Origin: Perkinsus olseni
Taxonomy: Eukaryota
Assembly: GCA_013115125.1 (NCBI GenBank)
Contig: JABANN010000087.1
Span: 1-64,000 of the forward strand
Reading direction: 5' to 3'
Length of the DNA stretch: 64,000 nt
Within the stretch, counting starts at the first letter, position 1; every line of letters begins with the position of its first letter. The notes beneath the pieces are model-generated. The model did not search any database and was not told the DNA's origin. It saw only the letters and a list, made by a program, of their open reading frames with translations. The translations under genes and the position numbers were made by a program. Positions 52,501 through 64,000 of the stretch are shown here, piece by piece.

Positions 52501-53228
52501 TGTCAAGTATCAGGGAGTCGAGAATCTTCGCCAAGCCGATATCCACGCTAGAAAGCCAAAGATTGGGACGGTATCAATTGAGGGTTATCGTCCCCTTACC
52601 AGCCTCAATCAACGGCCGCTTCGCTGCGAGACAAAGGCGATTGACATGCCGTCTAGCATCCACATTATCGAGGGCATTCAGGACCAAGTCAAACGAAGAG
52701 AAGAAGGTAGATGAATATTGGGGGTCCTTTACGTTTCCCAGCTTCCCGTCTATCTTAACCTGAAGACACTGAGCTGAAGCAAACACGAAAAACACGGAAC
52801 GCCCGTCAGTTGTCTACTTTCGTATACGAAAATTGTAAGACTTGTCGAACGGAGAATCGACCGACAGGAACAGTACTACCTCCTTGTTGAAAGCCATGGC
52901 TGCTTCTGAAGCTACCTCAGCCTTTGGCCGATTTACGTGTTGCCGGCGGAACAGGAACTGGCGGTTGAGGTTGGATACATCGATGGTGTCGAGGTCAATG
53001 GTTGTCACGTTACACACCTACTCGGAAGGAGGGCTCGAGACCCTGGACTGAAAAACATTCTCAGCCTACCCCCATCATACTGAGGTCCTTCAACAGCTCA
53101 CACCCGATGCCACCGGCGCCCACGACTAACAGCCGAGCGTTGGCAACTCTGGCAGCCTCCTCTTCCCCGAGGTACGTAATCATCGAGGCAGGCACACCAC
53201 GTAGGGCTTCGGCGGTGGTCGCAACCAT
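49600..53228 (-). CDS. UBA2: SUMO-activating enzyme subunit 2 (3' end approximate)
   Basis: [54 protein letters not shown], catalytic [56 protein letters not shown], and a C-terminal NLS-like KRP..KRRK. Confidence 0.95.
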
Positions 53229-53585
53229 TAGAACTGTCCCCACACAAAACGACCTAGCAGCCGAGGGTACATGCACAATTCGGATTTGCGATGCGCTCGG
53301 ATCTGAGGGTAAAACCTTAGCAAGCCTTATGACTCGCAACGAGTCGACACAAGCAGCAGATATCTTCTGCACTGCGCGAAGGGCGACAGTCCACCCCAGA
53401 AGACTTCCTAGTCTGCGCAGGAAGAACAGTTCAATACCTCCGACCTACCCGTCTCTCATACCACCGAATTCAACGTCGAAGCTATAGCATCCTCGACAGC
53501 TTAACGATGCCACAGTAACCCCAGTTGAATGGTGACTGATAGCTACCCCTATCATGCACTCAACTCGACACTCGCGTTTACGGGT

Positions 53586-55831
53586 TCAACGATTTCCAAC
53601 ATCAGCCTCCTCATTGAGCCCCGCATTGGGGTCATTAACATGCGAAATGAGCAAGTCAATAGCTCGATTAACGTTACCGTCGGCTGAAGAAATCTAGCAT
53701 CGCGCACTTAACGATTCCTCGTTCCTACTTCTCCTGAGCGCCGCAATATTTTTCTCCACATCATAAAATCCCGACGCTTTCAACGCGCTCAACTGAGCTC
53801 TGTACAGCACCTCGGGGTTCTCGTTCTGGGCCTCAATGAAGCTCGAAAATGACTGACACGGTAAGAGATCACTCTGATGACGCAGGAGGCCCTCGAGGCG
53901 GGAAAACGAAATTATTCAATCAGATTCAGGATGAAGCAAAAGCATACCAAAAGTTGTCAAGCTCTGACCTGGAAAGTGTCAAAATTGTAAGAGTTAAGTC
54001 ACTGACATTCCTCGGAACGGCCAGGCCACAGGCGAATCGCTCGCATTCACAGCAATCTCAAATTTGTCTTACCTGGGCGAAGTTTGCGGCCGGTGATCCT
54101 AATGAGAGACCACTGAGTTTGGGTCCCATCTTTCCGCCTGCCTCCGCCGCTTCAGCTGATATGCACCGTAAATCCATTCGATCGACAAAATCAATCGAGG
54201 TGCGCCACCATGGTTATTCAACTCACCTATAGCTGGGATATGCTTCCCGTCCAGCATCTCCATGCTTCCTTCCAATTTTGACATGCTCTGGGATAACAGA
54301 AAGATTAGAGTACCACACCAACGACGCCAGATAGGAAAAGTGCAGCACTACTTGCAGCGTTTGCGGGTCGAACATGAGCTGCAATAAGGTGGGCTCGCAG
54401 AAGGGCTTCAAGGAGGGATTGTTACCACCTGCAACTCAAAGTGCGGCGGTCATACGCCACAGAAAATTGCGATGTACACGAGAAGCACAGAGTCAGTACC
54501 GGAAATTCACGTTTTGCCAACGAGTTGGGCACCACTTCACCGACCTAATTACTACCACTCTTCTCACTACTCCTAGCCCCAACTTTGTGAGCATTCTCCG
54601 CACTGCGGAACACTGACGACATCAACTGATGCATATTAGGGTCCTGTCAGCAAACCGCTCACCCTCGCCGGGAAATCGAGAACGCAGTTACCTGCATCAT
54701 CGCTGCCATAGCAGATGGATCGAACGCTTCAGCCCATACCGGAGGCCTTGACATCTCAGCTAGCTTCTCTGCGTCCTCAGCCGCCTCCCTGAAGCATACG
54801 CGGTGGCCCAGAATGTGAATTCGCACACTCAGTGGTGCATTAATTCCCAGTATGGTCAGCTCCGAGCAGACCCGCCGCTAGCCAGGCAAGCGCTCGATGT
54901 TCGATACTCATCATGCAGCTCTGACGATATTACCTTGCCTCTCTGATCTGGGGCGGTACAGCAGGCTCCCCACCTGAAGCAGCGACCGTTCCACCACTGT
55001 ATGCTTTAACGCCTCCAACGACCACTACGTCCGTACGACAGTTTTGCCCTTATAGCAGCTATAGTTACATCCAACCAAATTTCAGTCCAGCTACGGTACT
55101 CATCACCATGTAGAGACTGCACCCACCTCCGCGATCGTCTTCACATTCCTTCCCGCCACTGGAGCACTCCTCGTAGAGCCTCCGCAGACTGTCATACCCT
55201 CCGGGAACGGTGGCGTTGATATTGGCTACGGCAGTCTCAGTGTTGCTGATCAACTCCCGCACAGCTAACGGATCTTGGAAAGCTTCTGCGGATGACTTCA
55301 TCATGCTCGGATCCTGAATGGAACTAGCATCTTAGGCTGAAGACGGGAAGATACGAATTAAGTCGCAGCGATAACCACCATGAGCATCCGTCGCAGTTCT
55401 GGATTGTCATCCATCAACTCCCGCATCTGCCGATTCATAGAGACCTGCACGCATATGAACATCCACCCTTCCCTGAATTCAGTCAGGCCCTACCAAACTA
55501 CTCAACATATCTCCATTCTGCAAAACCGTCTGCATCACCGGTGTGTTCAGCATTTGCTCCATCACCTGCAGCAACCACTACCCCACCAGGCAGCACTATC
55601 CCACTAGCCCCCGATAAGCACTCTCCCGCAGAAGAGGTGGACCCACGTTTTTACGTCAGGATTCTTGATCAAGTGAGATTGGAATGCACCGAGTTGACCT
55701 CCAAGTGACCTCGCCACCTGGGGGGCTTGCGAAGGGCCTGAGTTCAATGAGAGTCCAACGACCAGACGCCCAAACCCGAAGGTTTCCCTATTACCTCCTT
55801 CAGCGTCTCCCTCAGCTCTCGAGTCTTTCAT
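53586..55831 (-). CDS. Ubiquilin/DSK2-like protein (STI1 repeats + UBA, no UBL visible)
   Basis: NPDVMEQMLNTPVMQ..., QMRELMDDNPELRRML, DPSMMK..DPLAVRELISNTETAVANINATVPGGYDSLRRLYEE. UBA: NPEVLYRAQLSALKASGFYDVEKNIAALR..DGNVNRAIDLL. Confidence 0.85.
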
Positions 55832-56036
55832 TGGAGAGGAAGAAAAGCTGGACCTCACACGAACGCCCCAGCGCAATTGACAGGAGGAACGCATCGCTCC
55901 GCTGTGGTAAAATTTTGCAAGGTAGCTGCTACGGTGATGATAGTTGGTTTACAAAGATAGTTGAACATCCCGACTTTATCGTTGACAAATTCCAAGGCAT
56001 GTGATGGCTAAGGCCTCAAACGACTCTTGAGACAAG

Positions 56037-59000
56037 TCATGACTTGTCCCCTTTCTTGGCCTCCATCTTCTTCTTATCCAGAGTAACGAAGTTGTTTCTC
56101 CGATCTGAGAAAGAGTAGTCTCAGAGCTGTTTCAAATCCGAGTCCTCGAGACCGTTCAGAAGTCCAGATAATTCCTCCATCCGAAATTCAAGTAAGAGCG
56201 CGAAATCTCCGCAATCACTGCGAGAGATACGAGCCCCACACTCTCAGCATAGTTCACTAGGCTTTCGTGGCATCAGCTCTCAACTGCTATGAAGTCCACC
56301 AGCAGTAGCGATATCCTGGTCGGAATCCGTCAGAATTTTCTAGTTCGCTACGTCCCTGCAAGGTCCGTTCGTGAATTGCACTTTTCTCGCACGGGAACAT
56401 CCTCATTTTCTTGCACCTTCCCAGTGCAAAACCGAAACTCGTGTAGACGAAATAACCATCAACAACCCCTCCAAGTTCCTGTTGAACAATACGCGGACTT
56501 CCAGCCAATGGGCTCGCCACGTAAGTGCCAACTCACTTTGAAGGAACCCAGTCGAACACTCCGTTAACCTGAGCGTGGCTCCCACAACGGGTTCAGCTTC
56601 TGCGCACCAGCCTTGCCACTGTATCTACAACGACGCCCCCCGATGAAAAATCGCTCCCCGCAGGCAGCCCTACCGTGCCCTTCGTGACCTGGAAGTTCTG
56701 GTTGTTGTTGTTCATCATGCAGTAATACCTGAAACGCCCAAAAGTCGCACTCACCCATCTTGAAGCGCATGTAATATGTCGAAGTTGGACGAATCTACGC
56801 CCCGTTTCGAACTACGTTATCAACTTCATCCCTTCCTTCTCGGTCTGACCAGCATTGGCGTCGATGCACTTCTCTGTCTCGTGGTTCCGAGTCGCTTTAC
56901 CGGGATTGTCATTCCACCGTTGTTTCCTGAGAATCATACGCCACGCGTGACCGCCGGCGGGGAAATTGTAAATGGTCGTTAACATACGTACAGCTGTCGT
57001 TGCCAGACCAACGAGTCAGAGAGCAACGGGTATCCCATTTTTTCATCACTAATTCGCAAGGCACTGCGCCCCGATGAACTACGATTTTCTTTCGACTACC
57101 CTTTATTACGTATCCTCGCCGTCGCACTCCCGCAACACTAGTTTGTCTCCGTCCCGGCCCCCAGAGGATACACAAAGGCCAGACTTCTCGTCCTTTATGA
57201 GATAAGCATCCGAAGGAAGCATCCCCCTCATCTCGAAAACCTAGAAATTGCATAGATGACAGTCGGTTGGATCGACGAACGAACTGGGTTTAATCCAAAA
57301 ATGTGGAATGAGAAACGACTTTTCTTAGCCGCGTCTCATAGATGCCACTCCCCTTCATTATTCCTCGGAATAAGAGTCGTTTTCCCTAGATAGCGGATCA
57401 GTACAGATAGTACAAACCCATGGTGCTTCCCGCCCACAAATCTCAGAGCGCTTTACATCCCGCGAGCCACACCAGGCCACCGATCCTCCTCCATGTGCCT
57501 TCTTGCACGTGGTATGTCATTCTCCCATACTACCTTGTGAAACTTATCTACGAAGTGCTGGAAAGGTTTGCACTGCATATCCTTCTTGAATTGCAGCCGA
57601 TCCTCGATCCCACCGGCCAGGGCCTTCTCCTTCAAGGTCTCTGACCACGGAAAAACCTCCCGCAGGATAGCACGCTTCCAAGTAATGACATGAAGAGAAG
57701 TCTTGGTTCCCCGTAGAGTTCTACGAGACCACTAAATTGCGAGCGCGCCTGCATCCGACCACCTTAGACTAAGCGTGTACCTCTCCAATGAAATGCCACG
57801 GGCGTGGCGCGTGGCTATGCCAAGCCCCAAGCTAGTACTTGCGTAAGGGTCCGCCGCGTAAAAGTAGTTCTTGTAGTCATCAAACCAAACCTCAACCGTT
57901 CGGATCTTATTGTAGTACACCTGGGTGTTGTCAATCTTATACGGGAATGAAGGACGGAAAACCTGATTGGAAAAGATCTCAACATCGCTGAATTGCCATG
58001 TGATATAACACCCAGATCAGGAACCACTGAAGAAAATGCAATCGCAAGAAGCGAAGCAACATTGGTAATTCAACCGGATACAGAGGATTAGTTGGGCCAG
58101 ACAGCATGCGGTCAACGCGATTACGCTAAAGACAAACAAACCACCGATATCCCAACCTGCTCCTGAACTTCTCAGCCACCAGTAAAGCCAGTATATAGTC
58201 AAGACAGCGATAATAGCGAATGAAGCGAAATCGTCGCGCGATGGTTAGGATGCGCTTACCGCACCCTACTCGATTGATTCGCAACTCGAAGACAATCAAT
58301 CATGCCCCATCCCAACCCAGTGTTGAATACAACTCCCCCCGGTACTACATGGGCAACTCTCGAGTCGCGAGCAACATAGATCTCTCCACCACACAGCCAA
58401 ACTCGGATAGATTGTTCCTGAAATAGCGAGGTCACAGCCAAAGAAACCATCCGAAGAAACAATGATTCGTGAACTGAGTCACGGAGTCCGTGGAGAGTCG
58501 ACGAAAAGAGTTTCGCCCCAGCTGTCAAACAAAGTTGAACTCAATAGGTATGTCCCTGAGTGGATTCTCCCAGCCCCCCTTATTACTATGTTTTCCCCGC
58601 CCCACATGAGCATACCATTATCGTACTCCCCACTCTCATACCACCATCTTTTGGTGATACCCAGCAGGCCACCGGACATGATAGGAACCTGAGAAGCTTC
58701 GCGTCCACCTTGGATCGAGGTTCTGCTATTACCAAGTCATTGCCGTCCTCAAACCAGTTGAATCCGAGGCCCCAATCAAACATCATTTTACTGCCAGCGC
58801 TCGAGTCGTGCACCTGAGACGATAACGGTGAAGCTCGCCGAAAGTCCCCGGAAGGGTCACCTGCCAGTCGTCGCCGTTTAGAATAGGGATGACTGGGACG
58901 ACGACTCGTTTGTAATTGATGTTGGCGTGCTTGAGAAGAGGCTGCGCCCAGTTAGGCTCTGGCTTTACATGAGCGTCAAGGAATACGACCTGGTCAGAGA

Positions 59001-59770
59001 GTCGTCAGCTTGGTTCAGGGAGATGCGAGGCAGCTCGACTCTCTTACCATGTCCCCGGTAGCAGCACCGGCGCCATCAGTCTTGCTTCTGATCAAACCTT
59101 GTCTGGTCGTGTGTCGAATGACTTTGACTTCCGGGAAGTTTTTCAAATACCGCCGCAAAGGAGGCTCTGACGCATCGTCCACTACGATAATTTCCTTTAG
59201 TATATCTGCCGGTGTTTCCGCATAGATCGACTCGCAAGTTCGCTCCAAATACTTCTGTTCATTATGGGCCGCCAAAACAACAGAGATAGTTTTGATCGTG
59301 GTCGGGTACTTGGTAAAATCGACAGGAGGGTGTTGGCCATTCTCGTCTAACGTGGTGTCGATCAGGATGCCATACTCCTGATCCGCAGGAGCGGGGACCT
59401 TGGCTTGAGGCCCCCTGAGAGCTTGCGCCTCGACGTCGTTGACAAGGACACCAGCCAGAGGTTTGACTGGCACTCCAGTCGTCCACCCTTGGCGAGACAG
59501 GAAAACGATAACGCAAATTTGAAGGGCCCATACTGCGATGAGATAGACCGGAAAAGGTATGAACCTGGTCCTATGACGAACCACGTCAAACAGCACAGAG
59601 GTGGCAGCGGCCACCACAGTGAGCAATACCAGCCAGGAAGTACCATAAACAAGCAAGGCGATGAGTATTGGCGGGAAGCATAGCAGACCAACTCTATAAT
59701 AGGCTGCTCGTCGGGCCCGAGGGTTATGGGGCTTATGTGATGCCCGGGAAGAGGACTTTGGGGAGGCCAT
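56037..59770 (-). CDS. GALNT: Polypeptide N-acetylgalactosaminyltransferase with C-terminal ricin-type lectin
   Basis: ISVVLAAHNE, EIIVVDDAS, RQGLIRSK..GA, FLDAH (DxH), FDWGLGFNW, MSGGLLGI, WGGEN, IRVWLCGG, VEVWFDDYK, CKPF..F. Ricin repeats SGLCVS..LRECDG..KQRW and KCIDAN..YYC..NQNF. In-frame upstream ATGs exist. Confidence 0.93.
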
Positions 59771-59993
59771 CCTGATCAATGACTCTACAAACCGCATGGC
59801 ATTATCGGCACACTTGTCGGCGAGGACAAGAATCGCGCCACGCATTCCAATCACTGAGACGAGACGCGGTTACCGTAATGAATTATCATCCGTGAGGGCG
59901 TGGGTTCGATCCGCGTGGTGAGCTTTTTCCGTCCGGGAAGTTCCGCACTGCACGACGACGAAATACCATTCTTAGATTTGCCTTCACCCCACC

Positions 59994-62742
59994 ATGCGTT
60001 TCGTGGTCGGCGATGATACGGGGCTTGTTAAAGAAGTCCTAGGAGCAGAGCAGAAGCTTGGCCGCAAGATGGGCTCTCAAGCCCTCGGTGAAGCCGTCAC
60101 CCACCTTGTATGGGTAGTAAGTGTCTCTCTAGTCTATCCCCTAGTGGTCGTATTAGACTGTACATAATCCTTAGCCGTTCTGGGGTTGCTCAATCAACTG
60201 ATTCTTGCACCCAGAGTTGATTCTTCGGAGTAAAAATTGATCCCAAAATCGATTCTGAGTTTCAGAATTAGTTCACTGAACAGGGGGCTTCTCGCCATCG
60301 ACTGCATTGCTACTCACCTGCCACGGTTGCCTAAATGCTTCAGTCGGACTGGTCTTTGTCCTAGAGTAGTCAAGAGCTAACCTGCGTCGTGCGGGACGGG
60401 CTTGTAGGGATTTTCGTAGATACACAGATAAAAGCGTATTGGCAAGCGTTCAAATTGGTTCACGCGTTGGTGGCAATGCCACCGCGGCATACGAAGGCAA
60501 TTATTTCTTCTTAGGCGTGTGCCCCGGGAGAGGAGACTCGATTCGCAGTGGTCCGATCATGCGGCCGAATTGAGCTGGTGGATAATACCAACGGTGATGG
60601 TTGGAAGATACTGAAGACGTGGCAGACTAGTGATGACGTCAAAGCGGCACATTGGGAAGACGGCAAACTCTCGGTAGTACCTTCAGGGATATGTGCAGCT
60701 CGGCTCAGCACGTGCAGTATATTCCGGTAGATTATCTCACTACATGGGGCTGCCGTTGCGATGCCTGGCTATTGCCTTCTGCGGCATCGGGGAAATTAAA
60801 CTCGATTGCGTCCCTTTATTGTGTTTTTGGTCAGTTCGTCAGCGGAGATGGCACATGGCTTACGGTAGCAGATGACGGTAGCGATGAGGAGTCTGATGCG
60901 ACCTCGCAGAGCTCCTGGAACTCGGCCGTTAAGGCGAGTGTTCCTGAACGTCTCAGCTGTGGTCTTAGAGTTGCTTCGCCTGTTTAGGTATGCGCTGTAC
61001 GGCCTGGTAGTGATCACAGTGAGGTGATGGTGGTATCCGCGGAGGGTGCGAACCCACGGCTGATGGATCGAGAAGGAAAGACGCTCTGGCGGGGAAGGAA
61101 CGTGCAGGACTCCAAATACGATTTGAAGGTTCTAATCTGGATGGGGCATTTTCCGACTGCGACTGGTTCCGCGCGCTGAAGTCGTCTTCAACCCTCGCAG
61201 CGCTCAACTCTTGGCGCCATATCAATCACTCTAAAGCCCCTGAGCGGAGAGCGATGAATAGGCGATTGTTTATGGTATGGCAGGTCGAGTTCGACGTAAC
61301 CGCAATTGAGTGGCTGAGTTCTGAATGTGCTGTGATGGCCGACAGTCAAGGCAAAGTCAGAGCTTATGCGGTGAAGGAAGGAGGAGGGTAATCATGTCGA
61401 TAGAAAACGCAGACGAACTCTAATGTTCTAAAGAGGTCTCTCTCAGCAGTGGAAGTTCCGATGATTCGCTTGGGATTTTACCGCTGAATATTTATCCTCA
61501 AACCTGTCGGGGCGCGAGCTCGCAACGCTTCGCCCTCTTCAGATCCCGCCGGCGTCCCCTGCTGGAGCTGCCTCTCACGTTCGTCACGGAGATATCCAGT
61601 CATGCCACCGGGCAATCGATCACTAAGTGAGTCATCCCCGCGGCACTTCTGAGGTATCATCGAACGCATCATGCGCAGGGGTCGACCAGTCACTCGTATG
61701 TATCATGACGAGGCGGCCAAGTTGCTTTATATCGGTGACACGGTCGGGACGCTGATGGCTTTAAGCACGAAGAAGATACTCGATTTGGTCTCGAAGGAAG
61801 AGATTGAAACGCCAGAGGGAGCTGGAAAAGGTGGGGTTCCGGTTCCATGCCAACTCTCGTATCAATCTTTCGATCACAGGAAATCACGTAGGTATTATTA
61901 TCTCGTGAATTTGTTTTTCGAACAAAGCGAACTTTGGTTCTCTGAGCAGTTGAAACGTTCCAGCTTCCACTAACAACTTCGAGGAACGAAATTTTGGAAT
62001 AAACAAGAAATTTTGCGTGAGGAGATCTTTGAAAGTGGGGGGGGGGGTTGAGTTCCGCGTCGTGACGTATTGTCCTCTTCGTGGCTTGATTGAGTTCTTT
62101 TCAGCCGGTAGAATAGCTCACTTGAAGTATGCTAAGTCGATGCTGCCATTTGTCCGAGGGTTCTCGGGGATCATGGGTTCGATCCGCGGCATCGTCACTT
62201 TGGGGGATCTTATATTCGTGTGCGGTCTCGGCCGCTTCGCCTATGTGTATCGAGGCAAACAGCAGGTCTGCAAGGTCTACCTCAAACAGAAGCTCACGGC
62301 CATCCTACCGCTGAGCTGCGCCGATGATGCAGCTGAAGACGGTGAGGACGGGTTGTCTTTCGTCGGTGGGGGAGCTCAGTATGCTGTCAGATTTTCATCG
62401 CAAAGTGGTGGTTGATTGATCCATGGATCTGAATGAGTGGATTCTTGCTGTTTAGATGACGAGTCCGAAAACGGTGACGAGGCCAGTGACTTGTCGGACG
62501 GAGAGCCCGTCGCTGAGGACGATGAAGAGGAGGATGGGCTCGGTGATCTAGATGAAAGTGACGGTTCGAGCGAGGGAGACTTCGGTGACTTCGATGAGGA
62601 GGAGGAGGAGGAGGAGCCTCGTGGTCACGAGGGGAAGAAGCGGAAACAGGAAGCATCTGAAGGTGGAAACCGCGCCGTGTGCCTTCCTGTAGGATATTGA
62701 TCATGCTGTTGTCTAGGTCCCAACAAGCACCGGAAACGATGA
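59994..62742 (+). CDS. WDR74: WD-repeat ribosome biogenesis factor WDR74/NSA1
   Basis: MRFVVGDDTGLVKEV N-terminus, LYIGDTVG, GIMGSIRGI..VCGLGRF..KVYLKQKL, an acidic tail and basic KKRK..KHRKR*. Confidence 0.85.
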
Positions 62743-63631
62743 GTATTGCTGACCGGTGGAGCTGTGCTGTTCCGATCTTACCAACACGTCAAGTTTCCTA
62801 TCCAATTTCTGTGGTAAATGGGTTAGTCAGAACGGCGGGATATTTTGAATCGACGTTACGAGCAAACCCTGAACCAGACCGAACAGTGACTGAAGGACTG
62901 AGTGCGCAGCTATACGCTTGGACGGTTATGGCGCTTTTGATGAGCCACATAAATCTTTACGCGACTCGCGTGACGCGAGTATCAGATCATCAGCGAACCG
63001 AAATAAAATGCCTCAGTTGACAGATTGTTGCCAAACGCTTTGACTGACTTCACGTCGGATAGAAAAGGCATGTAAGAGCACTGCGCGGTATTTGCTGGCC
63101 TTCCGGCATTCTACCACTCATCCTCTGCCAGGGGAGAGACAATGACGATCCAGTCCATAGGGCACTGATCTATGTTTTTCGCGGAACGACCTAGGTGTTT
63201 GGTAGCTTCCTGATAGACATGATAGTTCATATTATCGAGTCACGTGAAGGAGCCTTGGCAAGGGAGGGAATGGGTGATTATATCGGATATCGCCGATTCG
63301 TATGAGCCCACAGAAAAGCCGCCACTAAGTTTTCACGTCGCGCGCAACGTATGGTATGTATATGCAGTATGCTCCTGTGTATACAGGAAGCTCGTGCTAA
63401 GGCACGAGCTGGAAAGCACGGTCCACAGCCACACCCTAGGCAGTACCATTTGAGTAATGCGGCCTTGGTTCCTTCAATCGGATTGACTCAATCACAGCGG
63501 ACGTATATCAGTTTCTGGTGAACTCAACGACTACTTCGACGAGACCAGGATGAAAACGAGAAGACAGTGATGATGCTACCAAACATAACAGTAGATACAG
63601 CGATAGTACAGGAATAAAGACTCGCAAGGTT

Positions 63632-64000
63632 TCATCCCCGAGGCCGGTACCTCGCATTCCCGCCTCGGTGATTATTCTTGGCTGTGTGCCCTGATGGTGG
63701 TGACTTCTTCTTCTCATGGCTGTCGTCATCCCTGTGCTTCGGCCGAGAGCTGCTCGGGCCGCGGGAAGGAGCGTTGTGGTTGCCGTATATCAGCCCAGCA
63801 TGGGAAGCCGCATCCTTCGGGAAGCCAACGATCTCTAGCTCGGTCTCATAGTCCAGGAGCTGCTCGCCCTTGATCGCCCGAGTCACCCTCGACCGAGTCC
63901 GGCGGATGAGGTCCTTGGTAGGGTCCAGAACATCACCACCATCGGCCAAGTCCTTCGCCAGCCCGCCCATAGCTTGCTGAAAGTGCTTACGTAGTCGCAG
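63632..64000 (-). CDS. 3' end of a hypothetical protein running off the window
   Basis: ORF 63632-63970 (GGLAKDLADGGDVLDPTKDLIRRTRSRVTRAIKGEQLLDYETELEIVGF...) with a low-complexity tail. Confidence 0.4.
   Translation of the reverse strand: MRLRKHFQQAMGGLAKDLADGGDVLDPTKDLIRRTRSRVTRAIKGEQLLDYETELEIVGFPKDAASHAGLIYGNHNAPSRGPSSSRPKHRDDDSHEKKKSPPSGHTAKNNHRGGNARYRPRG

Noticed and set aside
53874..53912. Hammerhead ribozyme core (CTGATGA...GAAA)
   Set aside because: Stem II does not close correctly onto GAAA, and I cannot form stems I and III.
56776..56860. Apparent premature stop or non-canonical splice site in the GALNT lectin domain
   Set aside because: Re-reading gives TEKEGMKLIT followed by a normal GT donor, and the frame continues into YYCMMNNNNQNF.
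1..64000. Most short ORFs in the six-frame track as independent genes
   Set aside because: They start at GTG/TTG, run into introns, or lie antisense to the spliced genes listed. The track assumes unspliced prokaryote-style genes.

Overview
Eukaryotic, gene-dense, intron-rich DNA (mostly 40-60 nt GT-AG introns, roughly 50% GC, one 99-N assembly gap). The style suggests a Perkinsus-like alveolate, which is my inference. Genes I could splice by eye and recognise: tRNA-Glu(CTC), protein-L-isoaspartate O-methyltransferase (PIMT), a SWIM + C4HC3 zinc-finger protein, an intronless F-box-like protein, two tandem DGAT2/MOGAT-type acyltransferases, NOP4/RBM28, a divergent CLC anion transporter, a PurC-PurE (PAICS-like) fusion, two paralogous small secreted proteins, RAD50, UBA2/SAE2, a ubiquilin-like protein, a polypeptide GalNAc-transferase and WDR74/NSA1. 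Several hypothetical genes are also present. Non-coding features: a MITE with sub-repeated TIRs, a 70-bp palindrome, and a 74-bp tandem array. There is no prokaryote-type system (CRISPR, IS, operon). Best leads: a CLC that lacks both central anion-coordinating residues, a PIMT ending in SDEL, a chimeric PurC-PurE, a ubiquilin without a UBL domain, and the secreted GRIRHPKG family. Exon boundaries are manual and some gene ends are approximate.
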